From Octopus bimaculoides (lineage: Eukaryota): a DNA stretch of 64,000 nucleotides. Positions 51,898-64,000 of the stretch are shown in pieces. Under the pieces are notes generated by a model. The model was not told the DNA's origin. It did no database searches and was given only the letters and a program-made list of their open reading frames with translations. Both the position numbers and the translations under genes were made by a program. How positions within the stretch are numbered: the stretch's first letter is position 1; each line of letters opens with the position of its first letter. Where the stretch lies: the NCBI RefSeq assembly GCF_001194135.2, contig NC_068989.1:33101875-33165874 (forward strand), in the 5' to 3' direction.

Positions 51898-54800
51898 GAG
51901 ACAGAAGAAAGACCGAACAAAAATTATGTCCCTGCCAATATTACCTCCGTTTGCAGATGTTACATTGTGGTTCGCGCAGATTGAAGCCTACTTTTTGGCT
52001 CATGATGTTTCTCCCACACAACAGTTGCATCTTTTGTATTGTGGCATACCCGCACCACTCGCCACCTCTGCTAGGGATCTAATTACAGATCCCAACCCAA
52101 ACGCCACTTATGTGTCTGTTAAGGCAGAGATTTCGCACTGTAATACTAGATCCGTGGAGAGTCGTTTCAAAGAATTGATGGCAGACGAGGTATTGGGAGA
52201 CAGAACCCCATCACAGTTTTTGCGCCGACTGTGCGAATTGAGTGATGATCCTGCTGATGCACCTCTTTTGCGCAAAATATTTTTTTCTAGGTTGCCATTG
52301 AACGTACAGGCGATTTTAGCCACAGCTCTTGAGAATAATACCATTGACCAGATCGCCACTATGGCGGAGAAAATTTTGGAATTTTCCGTACAGCCCTCAT
52401 CACGTAGGGCTTGTGCATGTTCTGAGGTTTCTTCAACAACCTCTGTTAAATCCTCTCCCTCGTCACATGACGAGGTTTCTGAGAAGCTAGATGCGCTCAC
52501 ACGGCAGATGGACGCACTGTGCAGAGATAACCAGCATTTTTCGCGTTCTCGTAGTTGCAGTCGTTCTACCTCTCATGCCTCTGTCACACTCCAGTCTGTA
52601 TTGGTACCATGCAAGATTTGCAGAAAAAGCCCACAAATGTATTCAGCCTTGTAGCTTTAAGTTGTTGGGAAACGAGTCTCAGAGGAATTGAGCACGCCAA
52701 CTTCCTCCTCTTCATTTTCTACTTATCGTGCATTCTTCGTAAAAGATTTGGTGTCTAAGAAACTCTTCATGGTTGATACCGGTTCTTCTTGCAGTATTTG
52801 GCCTCTTCATCTCACTGCAGACAGGCCTAAGCGTTCTGGCATTGTTTTGCATGCAATCAACTCGTCTTCCATTGCTACTTTTGGTCAGATTTCTTTATGC
52901 CTGGATTCCAATCTTCATCGAGATTTTCAATAGGTTTCTGTCATAGCTGACATACCGCATCCTATTCTGGGCGATGATTTTTTGAACCACTTTAATCTAT
53001 TGGTAGATGTCAGGCAACAGAGGCCTGTCGATGGTTCCACATCACTCTCTACGCTGACCAGAGGTTCTACCAATGCGATTCTTAGCCTGGAATTTTTTGT
53101 TGCCACCGCTGGAGATGCTTTTCATTCTCTTTTGATTTCCTTTCCAGAGCTAGTGGATCATACTTTTCATTCGGAAAAGCCCACGCACTCAACCCTCCAT
53201 TTTATTACCACCACTGGGCCACCTGTTTTTCATGCCGAGTTTGAGCACATGCTCCAACTTGGCCCGATGCGCCCCTCCACCAGCCTTTGGGCATCTCCCC
53301 TTCATTTGGCATGTAAAGGGGATTCTGATTTCCACCCAGTGGGGGATTATAGGCGTCTTAATGTAGTTACGGTACCTGACCGATATCCTGTAAGAAACCT
53401 TCAGGATTTTTCAGCAAATCTCCATGGCTGTACCATCTTTTCTAAAGTTGACCTCATTTGCGCCAATCATCAGATACCGGTCAACCCAACCGATATTCCA
53501 AAAACTGCCATTACCACTCCTTTTGGTTGTTTTGAGTTTCTATATATTAGTTTTGGGTTGCGGAACGCTACCAGTACATTCCAGTGTTTCATTGACAAAG
53601 TCGTCCGCAGACTTGATTTTGTGTTTGCTTACATTGATGACATACTCATTGCAAGCGACACACGTAAGAATCATCTCCGGCATTTGTCTCAGCTTTTACA
53701 GTGTCTTCGCGCCTATGGTGAGCATATTAATCCTGATAAGTGTATTTTCGGGCAATCTTCTCTTGAATTTCTGGGACATCATATTGACTCGAGTGCCATC
53801 AAACCTCTCTCGTCCAAAGTCGATGCAATTCAACGCATTGCACCTCCTTCTTTGTATCAGTTGCACCATTTTCTAGGTATGGTAAATTCTTATAGACGTT
53901 TTATACCCAGATGTGCGGACAAGCTATTTCCTTTAACCCAGCTACTAAAAAACACCTCTAGAAAGGACAGTCAAATCACCCTCTCAGCTGAGGCGTTATC
54001 TGCTTTTGAGTCAATCAAGAAGGAAAGAGCTTCTGTTCCTTTGCTTGCACATCTGGTTCCTGATGCTTTTCTGTGGATGCATCGGACACTTGTGATTGGC
54101 GCTGTGCTGCAACACACAGTGGATGACCGAACTCAACCTTTGGTTTTCTTTTCTCGTCAATTATAACCAGCTGAGCGGCGATACAGCACGTTTGGTCATC
54201 AGCTCTTAGCAATCTATCTATCAGTTCATCATTTCCAGCATCAGCTTGAAGGTCGAGATTTTGTGATCTATACCGATCACAAGCCTCTTACAGTTATCCT
54301 ATCATCTAAGACGGACAAACTCTCGCCTCGTGCTTTCCGTCACTTGGATTTTATTTCACAATTTACCAGTGACATTCTTCATATACCTGGGAAAGAGAAT
54401 GTTCCTGCTGACGCTCTTTCTCATCTTCTAGTCTGTTCTCTTTCATCTCCTGCTACAATCGACTTGACTGCCATTTCGCAGGACCAACCAGCTTTAGTGA
54501 AGTTAGATTTAACTTCGCCCAAGTTCTCCTGTTGCTCAGCTGAAGGCACTATTCTTTGTGATACCTCTACTGGTTCTCCCAGGCCACTAGTCCCTGAGAA
54601 TCACCAATGCTCAGTGTTTGAGGCCCTGCATTCCTTGTCGCATCCAGGCATTGCTGCTACACTGAAGCTTATCACTGCTCATTTTTTCTGGCCAAATATG
54701 CGTCGCATGATTACTTCTTGGACACACACTTGTCCCAAGTGCCAGCATTCCAAGGTTCAACAGTACATTTATTTCGTGAATTGTTACGAATCCTAGGTGT

Positions 54801-56425
54801 GCATCACATGTCAAATGGTTTCATAGACAGCTCAAGGCCGCTCTACATGCCTCTCCACATCCGCAGTCTTGGACTGAATTTCTGCCAATTGTGCTTCTTG
54901 GCTGTCGTACTGCTGTCAAGGCAGACCTGGGTTTCTCCTCTGCAGAGCTGCTGTATGGTACCACACTAGCATTGCCTGGTACGATGTTGGTGCCAGACAT
55001 TTCACGATGTTGGTGCCAGACATTTCACAGCTTCATGATCCGGCGTCGTACGTCGCCAGACTTTGCACCTATTTTTCTAATCTTCCGCCCATGGGTTCCC
55101 GGGACCAATCTCCACCCTCAAATGTCCAATCAGATATTGACTCTTGGTCACATGTTTTTGTTCGGGATGAGTCTGTTAAGGGACCTCTTGCTTCTCCTTA
55201 CAAAGGACCCTTTCGTGTGCTTTCTCGCACACAAAGTTTTTACGATCAATATGAATGGTCGTACGGAGACCGTTTCTGTAGATCGGCTTAAAAGAGCATA
55301 TTTTGAGGTGTCCACATCTTTCGATGACACTGCTGCCACGCCTACCTTTGAACCTACACATGCACCCTTGACAACACCATCACCTGCACCTTTGACAACA
55401 CCATCACCTACACATGCACCTTTGACAACACCATCACCTACACATGCACCTTTGACAACACCATCACCTACACATGCACCCTTGACATCACCTACACATG
55501 CACCTTTGACAACACCATCACCTACATAAGCACCTTTCACAGTACCATCACCTACACATGCACCCTTGACAACACCATCCCCTACACATGCACCTTTGAC
55601 CACACCATCACCTACACATGTACCCTTGACAACACCAGCACCTACAACACCACCTTCGTCGTTGCAACCTGCCTCGAGCAGACCCTATGTCACCAGGACT
55701 GGCCAAACTGTTCACTGGCCCAAGAAACTTGCAAAGACTATTTATATTTGACATTCTCTTTTGTGTTTCCTGTGACAGACAGGTGTTCTTTTGTGTACTG
55801 GACAGTTTCAATGTTTTGCTATTGAACATTTTGTAAAAAAAATTTTGTGCATGCTCATTTATATTGTAATTATTTTTTTTTGACTTGTCATATTTTGTGG
55901 GTGATCGGTAGCCATCTTGTTTCTGGCGCCACTACACTCTTTCTATTTTCGGGCTTCCGCACTCAAGGGGGAGCCTTGTAGTGATGCATGGTTCTAGACG
56001 CCATGTTGGAACATTCATCTACGCATGTGCAAGGATTAGAGCTTTCCGAAGCCCTGACGGAAGCCCCTTATGCGCATGTGCAATCATCATTAGCAGCTAG
56101 GATTCACCACCATTCACTCTCTTTGATCACGGCTTCTGACCGAGCAGTATGCAACTTAGAGCAGCTCCGTCAAGAATGAGACCTTTAATGGCGAGCGACA
56201 CTGCAAGTCTGTGAGAATGCCTTATTACTTTGTGTCTAACTACCAACCCTGCTGCTTCTTCACTTAGGCATTCATGGCTACCGCTAACCAGAGATGGAAT
56301 GTTTATTCAGACAAAATAAATTATTAATGTTATTTATTCAGAGAGATCTTGTCCTCGCCTTTTCCTTCCATGAACTATGTATGGAATTGTGAAGCACCTA
56401 GCAAGTGCTAATCACTTTTCCTACA
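51898..56425 (+). mobile_element. Second Ty3/gypsy element (CsRn1-like), lacking 5' LTR and PBS, inserted in a PLE
   Basis: gag 51926 (WFAQIEAYF; WYH..C...C), PR VDTGSS, RT YIDD, RNase H YTDHKPL, IN H..SHPG..C..C; PPT AAGGGGGAG 55965-55973; single LTR TGTAG(55977)..CTACA(56425). Confidence 0.93.
55353..55660 (+). repeat. 30-bp coding minisatellite (PTHAPLTTPS)n, about 10 units
   Basis: Unit CCTACACATGCACC(T/C)TTGACAACACCATCA; shortened units lose multiples of 3 nt. Confidence 0.95.
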
Positions 56426-56546
56426 AGTGTTTTGAATTCCAGGAGTTTATCTATGTTGTCATTCCAGAGGATGAAGTAGTTGTCCAAAAATCTTTTCCAA
56501 TTTTTCCTTTTATGTATTGGGAGAGAGGCTTTCCAAATTGCCTAAC
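56426..56546 (-). mobile_element. Penelope-like element, upstream RT piece separated by the gypsy insertion
   Basis: Reverse translation ENWKRFLDNYFILWNDNIDKLLEFKTL (RT catalytic LDD region), which directly precedes NINTNLQ at 51896. Confidence 0.8.
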
Positions 56547-58528
56547 TTTTCTCTCAAAATGCTTACACTCTGTCAAACATGCACACTGACATTGCACATC
56601 CAGCAAAGCATACTGGTTTCATTTCTTTCAAGCTTACGCATGTCCTCAGCTGTCACAGCTCATGTTTCACTGCAATGTAGCATGGCTGTTCACACACAGG
56701 CATCATACGATCTGCCTTTCACTCTGAGAGGTCCTTTGTTGCCAGCAGCTGCAGGAACTCTCTGAACTTTGCCCAGCCTAATCTTATTCTTACAGCTATA
56801 CTCTCGGAGCATCCCCCTCCACTACTAACTTGGTCACCAAGATAACAGAAGCTATTTACTACCTCTAGCTTGCCCCCCTGACAGTTGATTGAGTCTATTT
56901 TCTGCAGATTTTCAGCGTTTATTTTACCTGTGCATCTTCCTCAAACAAAATCTAGTTTCCCTGTTAACCTTCCTCTGATGTTGCTGCACCTTTTATGTGT
57001 CCAAAGCTTACACTGGGTACATTTTATGGAGTTTCTCCCTACACCTTTTCCACAGATTGAGCAGGGCCATCTACATGAAGGGATTTGTGATTTGTCTGCC
57101 TTCCTACTTACTAAGACTTTGGGTTTTGCTAGGTTAACTCTAAGGTCCTTTGATTCTAGACCTTGCTTCCATACCTGGAACTTCTTCTCTAATTCAGGTA
57201 GTGATTCAGCTATAAGAGCAAAGTCATCAGCATAGAGGAGCTCTCAGGAGTAACCTGTCTTGAATTCCTCTGTTATTGCCTGGAGGACAATGATGAACAA
57301 GAGGGGACTGAGCACCGATCCTTGGTGAACCCCTACTTGTACCCTGAATTCTTCGCTGTACTCATTGCCAACCCTCAACTTACTGGTAGCATCCCTGTAC
57401 ATAGCTTGTACAGCTCTCACCAACCACTTGTCTATCCTAGTTTCCACATTGACCACTAGATAAGGGATTAGGGACCCTGTCAAAGGCTTTCTCTAAGTTA
57501 ACAAAGGCCAGTAGAGGGGTTTGTCTTTGGCTAGGTATTTCTCCTGCAGCTGTCTTACCAGAAATATAGCATCAGTGGTGCTTTTCCCTGGCACAAATCC
57601 AAACTGCATCTCGTCTAAACTCTCTCCCTAATTAGTTGGGCTATGACTTCTCTGTGACTTTCATTATCTGATCCAACAACTTGATACCTCTGTAATTATT
57701 CGTATCTAATGCATCACCTTTACCTTTGGAGCAGTTGACTATGGTGCTGCTAAACTAGTCATTGGGTATGACTCCTTCATGAACCACCTGATTTACAATA
57801 TGGGCGACTAGACCATAACCCACACAGCTAGATATTTTAAGCATCACAACGGTGATTCCTCATGGACTGGAGGCTTTCCCTGCCTTCATATCCTTAATTG
57901 TTTTATCTACCAAGGTACTACTGATTCGGGTTGCTGGTCCCCCAACTGGGTCAACATTTGTCAGAGTCTCCTCTTCCCATTCATTCTCCGCATTCAGCAG
58001 TCTTTCATAATGGCATCTCAAAGCCTCTTTCTTTGCAGAATCATTACATGCAAATGCACTATCAGTCATAACATTCATAATTTTCTCTCACACACTGTCT
58101 TGCAATTGGAAACACTTCAGTTCTTTGGTCCTCATGTCACTGAACATAGGCAAATTTCTTTTCTGATTCTCCCTTGGTTAGATATACTTGTCTTCTAGCA
58201 TTCCTTCTGCCTATCTGATTCAGTTCTCTGCTACTCCCCCTCTTCCAGTCCTGTTTCATTGCTCTAATGGCCCTGTCTACCACATTGTTTCATTACTATG
58301 TTACCCAAGGTCTGGTTGGGACTTCACACCACCCACAGATTTGGTCTGTGGTACTCAGCAAGCTGTCCTGCAGGAATTTCAAGTTGCCCTCTATGTTAAA
58401 AGTTTGTAGTTCCTCCTCCCTCTCATCAAATTTATCAATTAGGATGTCCCTAAATCTCTGAGCACATGAAGGGTCCTTAAGTTTCCAAATCCTTCTTTTC
58501 CAGATTGGTCTGCTCCTTGCATCCTGGC
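56547..58528 (-). mobile_element. RTE LINE internal fragment (truncated at both ends)
   Basis: VGVHQGSVLSPLLFIIVLQAITEEFKTG, LLYADDFAL and QFGFVPGKSTTDAIF regions; ends at a TA/CA microsatellite at 58530. Confidence 0.92.
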
Positions 58529-58562
58529 ATATACATATATAATATATATACATACATATATA

Positions 58563-58604
<42 letters not shown>

Positions 58605-59050
58605 ATACATACACATGAATGAACATATAATCATTGTTGAAGCAATCTAAAACCCAACTTATGACATTCCTTCCTTATGTAATAGTTTTCCATGAATACA
58701 GAGCAAGTTGTATATACTACATTTGATAAAATGCTAATCTGGCATTGCCTAGATAGGATCGCCATCAGTTAGAAGCAATATTTGTAAAGAACTTAATATA
58801 TGGAAACATGCAAAATTAAAAGTATTGCTGCAGCAGATAGCATTACTCTAAAATATTATCCTCATTCCCATTTCAATAAAAACCATAAAAAAGTTGAAGT
58901 TATTAGTGTAGATTTGGTAGTTTGTCCATAGAAAAATACTTACTCATCCGTATAAACATATTTTGCAAAAAATAAAACTCTATCTGAACAGAATTATCAA
59001 ATATATCTAAATAAATGAAAAAGAAAGTAGAAATAATATCATATAATTAC

Positions 59051-59158
59051 CTTATCCAGTGCTTGGATAAATTTCTGATCATTATTGAAAACACTTTGTA
59101 TCAATTCTGTATATTTTTTGTGAACTTCCAGCATAGATTCTACAAACATGCATGGAAC
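59051..59158 (-). CDS. CUL2: Cullin-2, most 5' exon in window (VPCMFVESMLEVHKKYTELIQSVFNNDQKFIQALDK)
   Basis: TTTTTGCAG acceptor 59159-59161, GTAATT donor; 108 nt phase 0-0; FVES.LEVH and ALDK motifs. Upstream exons not found in window. Confidence 0.94.
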
Positions 59159-60447
59159 CTGCAAAAATCAAGTTTAAGATGAAGTTAAATAATTTAAATA
59201 CAATTTGCAGAATAAACTTTATATTATCCACTAATACTGCAACAGGTTAAAGTTTTGGGGTGCCAGCATATCAACTAAAAGTTTGTCTCTCATGTATGAT
59301 ATTCAGTACTACTGGTAAAGCACTCAAATGATCTGACCTAAGCCATCCAGCTGTGTATGCTTTCTGTATATGTACTGTTCAACAACCTGGCCAGTGCTGA
59401 TTCATTTTGAGTTTGAATTTTCTTTTTCTCTTCAACTAACAAGTTTGATGTAAGTTACAGATGTTTTAATGCCTTTAATCTATGTTTTTAATACTAAAGC
59501 AAGGAATTAGTTTTCACCTTTTGTTTGTTTGTTAATCTGGATCTACATGCAATTCTGAGAAAGGTTCCAGGTGGTCGTGGGATGTGCTGAAATCACCAGC
59601 TAAATCTCCCTTTAATCCCACACCTTTCCGTCCAAAAATATTTTCAAAATATATATTTTGGTAAAAAAGAATTTACCAAAAAAGCTTCTCCCATCGTTTT
59701 TTAAAAGTGCAGTGCAAAAAAACTTGGCCAAAATAAGTCTGAAATGGAGTAAAGACTGGGGATGAGGTTTAAAAAGTCATAAATTTTCAAAACTTCTCTC
59801 ATCATTTCCCAGGCTGTGATGAAAAATAAATTGGAAAAATCTCCATCAAAACAGAGAAAATCTAACTTATATGGGCATCCTGATCTGAAACTCTGCCCAT
59901 TTATAGCTATTTTCAGTAGTCCATTACAATTTTATTGAAATGGTATCATGTCCCAAAATCTTAAGATTTATTTAGTGCCAAAACTCAAGTCACTGTGGCT
60001 TGGGCTTTTGGATTTGGCTAGGTTTGAAAACACCACAAAAATGACTGTTTGTTACAGTAGTCTTTACATAAATATTTTTTTAAATAGCCCCTGCAAAAAA
60101 GTTTCCTCTCTAAGAACCTGAAAAAAATAAGCAACTGCTATCCCATGAACACTACAAATTTGTGCAATTTGAAAATGATTATCACTTCAGTTTCAAAGAT
60201 ATGACATTACAAATATGGCTTAATTATTCATTTAGGCTAATTAGTGAAGATTTCTACTAATTTGCTGGTCATTCGAATTGTCATATTTCCTAAAATATTC
60301 ATCCTAATTTCACAAATGAAATATCAAAATATTTCTTTTGGGGTGCTCTTCAAAAAAAAAAGTACAGTGAAAATTATATTTAAATATTTTCAAAAATCCA
60401 TAGTGATACCTACTAATAAGTAGAAAAGGAGGAATATAAATGCCAAA

Positions 60448-60656
60448 GGCAGCAAGCTGGCAGAAACGTTAGCATGCCGGGCAAAATGCTTATCGGTATT
60501 TCGTCTGCCGTTACATTCTGAGTTCAAATTCCGCCAGGGTCGATAAAATTAAGTACCAGTTATGCACTGGGGTCGATGTAATCGACTTAATCTCTTTGTC
60601 TGTCCTTGTTTGTCCCCTCTATGTTTAGCCCCTTGTGGGCAATAAAGAAATAAGAA
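60448..60656 (+). mobile_element. tRNA-derived SINE with long TSD
   Basis: A-box-like TGGCAGAAACGTTAG, B-box-like GAGTTCAAATT, tail AATAAAGAAATAAGAA; flanked by 24-bp direct repeats (60422-60445, 60653-60676; 2 mismatches). Confidence 0.85.
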
Positions 60657-60939
60657 AAGGAGGCATATAAACGCCATATACTATACCCAACGAAAGCTAT
60701 GGGTACACAAGAGGTAGGAGACTAAGCAGATTAACAGCATAAGTAAGCTTTGTCAGATGCAGAAGCTTTCAAAGACTGCTGGTAAGAAAAGTTTTTTCTT
60801 TCAGAGTAAAGGAATTGTGTTAGAACTGCAATGCTATATGGTAGTGAGACATAGATTTTGAATACAGAAGATTTCAAAGATTAGAAAGAAACAAAGTAAC
60901 ATTCTCTGATGGATGAACAATGTTAGTCTGCAAGAACCC

Positions 60940-61195
60940 TTCAGTGTTCATGCAGACTCACTGAAGAGAAGAATTGGATATAAGAGGAATTGGGAGTGGT
61001 GCACAAAAGAGCAAGGTGCACTGGTACTGGCATGTGGTGTGTATACATGCTGCATATAAGTGCTGAGCAATCTAAGTTAGTGAAATGTGCAGAAGATAGA
61101 GACCAAGGAAGACTTAAGATGAAGTGGCAAAGACTAACCTGAAGATGTTTTACCTTATGGAAGTGACAAATGATTATACTGGCTGGCAATATATG
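60940..61195 (+). mobile_element. Decayed RTE ORF2 3' fragment
   Basis: Reverse-complement similarity to 46950-47200 (RRLHWYWHV..RDQGRLKMKW). Confidence 0.6.
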
Positions 61196-61293
61196 TTGCT
61201 ACAGAAGACCAGTTCACCCTAATATGCACTCTAAAACAAGGGTAGTGACCAAGAAGCTGTAACACATATACGCATGGGTATTATATGTTTGTA

Positions 61294-62678
61294 TTGGGTT
61301 GGAACAAAAGTCCACACCATTTTTCAATTGGTAGGGTTATGATTTCATTTCTCACTTAACAGGAGCATATGACATACATTTCAACATGGCTTTCTATATG
61401 ATTATTATGCAGATAGTCTATTTCTACTGTTTTTATGAGATAAATTTTCATCATTTGATGAACTTTTATTTCTGGAAAGGAAAAAAAATGCTGTGCAAAC
61501 AGCAAGAAAAAAAAAAAAAATACAGCTAATGGAGATGGTACAAATAACCGAGAGAAGTGTTTGTAAGAGGTTCACTAGGTTGAGGAGGGAAAATTTTCAT
61601 CTGAGGTAAAAATGGCAGGCCTACAGTTATTGATAACGACCAATCAAAAACAATCTATGTCACACAACATACAACATCATAGAAATACTCCACATACATC
61701 ATATGACTTTTAAAAACACTTAGATATATGAATTGCTATGATGTTTAGGTGCATTACAAATTAACAGAAAAAGATTTCATGGACTGCATTTCTATTTGCA
61801 ATTCTCTGCTCAAACACAACAAAAATTACCCATTTTTGAAAAGAACAATCACAAGTGATGAAAAATGGAGTGTTAACAACAATGTGGAGCACAAAAAGGC
61901 CCCAGAGAAAGTGAAATCAGCCACCTTTAATCACTCCAAAAAACCAGTCAGTGTCTGAAGAAGGTAATGTTCTGTATCTGGTGGGATTAGAAAGGCATTG
62001 TTTATCATGAGCTTCTTCCACAAAATCAGACATTGGATTTAGACAATTATTGTTTCCAATTAGATTAATTAACTCTTTAACATTAAGATTTACTGTCAGA
62101 TGTAATGCATATTTATTGACATTGTTTTGAATTCATCATGCATTATCTTATAGCTTCAAGATTTTTATGATGTGGTTGTTTATTTTTAGAATGACATTGC
62201 AGAGTAGGTATGAGAAGCCAGATCTGGCCAGTTTGAACATAAAGCTGGTAGAATATTTGGGCTGGTTTAAATTCTAAAGGGTTAAAGAAGGTAATCGATG
62301 AAAAACGTCCAGAATTGAAGACTTCATGTTTCTTAGCAGACCTAGCAAAAATTGGTACAGCTTGGTTGGGACATCCTACCGCACCCACCCTACTCACCTG
62401 ACCTTTCACATTTGGATTACCATTTATATCAATCCCTACAAATGTCTTTTAACAGGAAGAACTTCAATTCTTTGAAAGATTGTAAAGATCACGTAGATCA
62501 GTTCATGATCCAGAAAGATGCCAAGTACTGGGAGGATGGAATTGTGAAGCTGCCTCAAAGATGGTGAAAGGTAGTGGAACAAAATGGGATATATGTCTGA
62601 ATAAAGATACATATAAATATCTAAATATTGTTTTTGAATTGTACTTAAAAAACAGTATGAACTTATAGTCCAACTCAA
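61294..62678 (+). mobile_element. Mariner transposon relic (Hsmar1-like TIR) with nested MITE
   Basis: TIRs TTGGGTTGGAACAAAAG / CTTATAGTCCAACTCAA with TA flanks; ITSDEKW and LPHPPYSPDLSHLDYHLY motifs. Confidence 0.88.
62073..62281. mobile_element. piggyBac-type MITE inserted in the mariner
   Basis: TTAA on both sides (62069-62072, 62282-62285); ends CTCTTTAACATT / AATTCTAAAGGG; removing it rejoins mariner-like CFQLD..KE.IDEKRPEL sequence. Confidence 0.8.
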
Positions 62679-63404
62679 TAGATATATACCGCTCTCACTA
62701 AGCCCACCTTACTGTCTATCACTTTATATCTCTTCTCCAGGACTACCATCTCCTCATCATCCATAGCACACTCTCTCAAGTTACCTATAATACCACCCAA
62801 CACCTTTCTTTACCTTTATTTCACTACCCACCCTTAAACCTCTAGAATATCTTCTAGCCTTTCTTTCCCTTACTCTTACTACACTCACCAAGTTTCTTTT
62901 CCCCTCCACTCTCTCTCCTTTCTTTCTATTTACAATGTCCTTGCAGTATTCACATATTGCACTTCTTCATACTTCTCATGGTTCTCTGCAATATAATACT
63001 TTACATCCTTTTCTCTCTGCCTCTTTTGCTCTCACAGCCCTCTCACTTACAGGTTCTCTGCCTCCTCAACACCACATCTTTTCCATCGATTCCCTCTCTG
63101 ACATACCCACACAACTCCAACACTTCTTTTTCCTTCAATGACTCACTTAGAATTCCCCTCTATCCTAATCAACTGCTCCCCTTTCCCTCATGGATTCCTG
63201 CCTTTTACCATGTTGGACAGCCCTGGACCCCACCTTATCTTTTTAACTCTATCCCTCTTTTTCACAACTGTCATTAATTCCCTCCCTTTCCCCTGTTCTC
63301 TACCTTCTTTCAACCCCCACCTTACCATTCTCTCATCCCTCCACCTAGGATCATTGTCCATGCTCTCTCTCTCTTCTGTTCCCCCTCTAGCATAGCCTTG
63401 TAAG

Positions 63405-63630
63405 TTACAAGGTGGTTATCATTGGTACTGGTACCATGAAATAAACCGCTTGGTACACTCAGAATTCTGGTTGGCATTAAAAAGGTCATCAAGTCATAGA
63501 AACAATGCCAAAGCAGACCTTGATGCATGATGCAGTTCTCCAAATCATCAATCACTCTCAAACTATCCAACCCATGCCAACATAGAAGCTGGATATTAAA
63601 TGATGATGAGGACAATGATGATGGATGATG
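63405..63630 (+). mobile_element. RTE 3' fragment
   Basis: TCCAACCCATGCCAACATAGAAG..ATTAAATGATGATGA tail. Confidence 0.7.
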
Positions 63631-64000
63631 TAAGTCTCTTTATCTATTTGTGAGTATTGCCATTGATGTGCACCCAATATTTCTAATGTTTGGGCCAATG
63701 ATCATTCAACTCTACTGCTCCAACACTAACTCGTATTATGCAATATCTGACTTTCAAAACAAAAGCTATCACCTCATTCATATTTTTCAGAGTTGGTTTT
63801 GTTTTTAATAGCTTTGATAGTCTTCTTTGATAATCTTTTCAATGAGGTAGGCATAAAAGAAATTATGTCATTCATTTGTATTTTTAAAGACTATAAATAA
63901 TCTTTGTGATTCTTTTGTTAAATTAATTAGTAAAAATACACTTTTAAAATCTATGTTGAATGGAATAACTCATCGTATCTGAGTATTAAGTAGCAATTAT

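Noticed and set aside
51897-51900. TSD for the second gypsy (AGAG vs AGTG at 56426-56429)
   Set aside because: Only 3/4 match, the 5' LTR is missing and the rejoined PLE frame is not restored; not supportable.
55148-55603. 151-aa Gly/Val-rich ORF (VVKGACVGDG)n on the minus strand
   Set aside because: Antisense shadow of the 30-bp coding repeat; no independent evidence.
60448-60540. tRNA gene
   Set aside because: A/B-box-like motifs are present but there is no cloverleaf; it continues into a SINE body with a TSD.
59162-64000. Next upstream CUL2 exon
   Set aside because: No segment with splice sites and a cullin-like peptide was found; it is presumably beyond the window.

Overview
AT-rich animal genomic DNA with five assembly gaps. 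The (TA)n/(TG)n microsatellites and the SINE/RTE repeat families suggest an octopus or other cephalopod, but this is an inference. The only host gene I can support is the 3' part of cullin-2 (CUL2) on the minus strand. It has 11 exons between 59158 and 14427, all GT-AG, which splice into one open frame of 404 aa plus stop, including the cullin-homology domain, the neddylation motif IVRIMKARK and the C-terminal ..DEYVYVA*. The N-terminal exons lie beyond the window. Almost everything else is transposon-derived. There are two CsRn1/Kabuki-like Ty3/gypsy elements (one complete with both LTRs, PBS, PPT and a 4-bp TSD; one lacking its 5' LTR and nested in a Penelope-like element), a solo LTR of a third family and several RTE LINEs. 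There are also two Penelope-like (GIY-YIG) remnants, four mariner relics, a DD36E Tc1-like element, hAT and piggyBac-type MITEs, and SINEs. The most notable observations are a type I hammerhead ribozyme fold in a Penelope tail, a conserved -1 frameshift site in both gypsy elements and an in-frame Pro/Thr repeat expansion at the end of one gypsy pol. Others are inverted repeats at both Penelope remnants, minisatellite expansions in RTE 3' UTRs and a diverged tandem duplication just downstream of the CUL2 stop. I did not find a convincingly new biological system; the findings are mostly unusual instances of known element biology.
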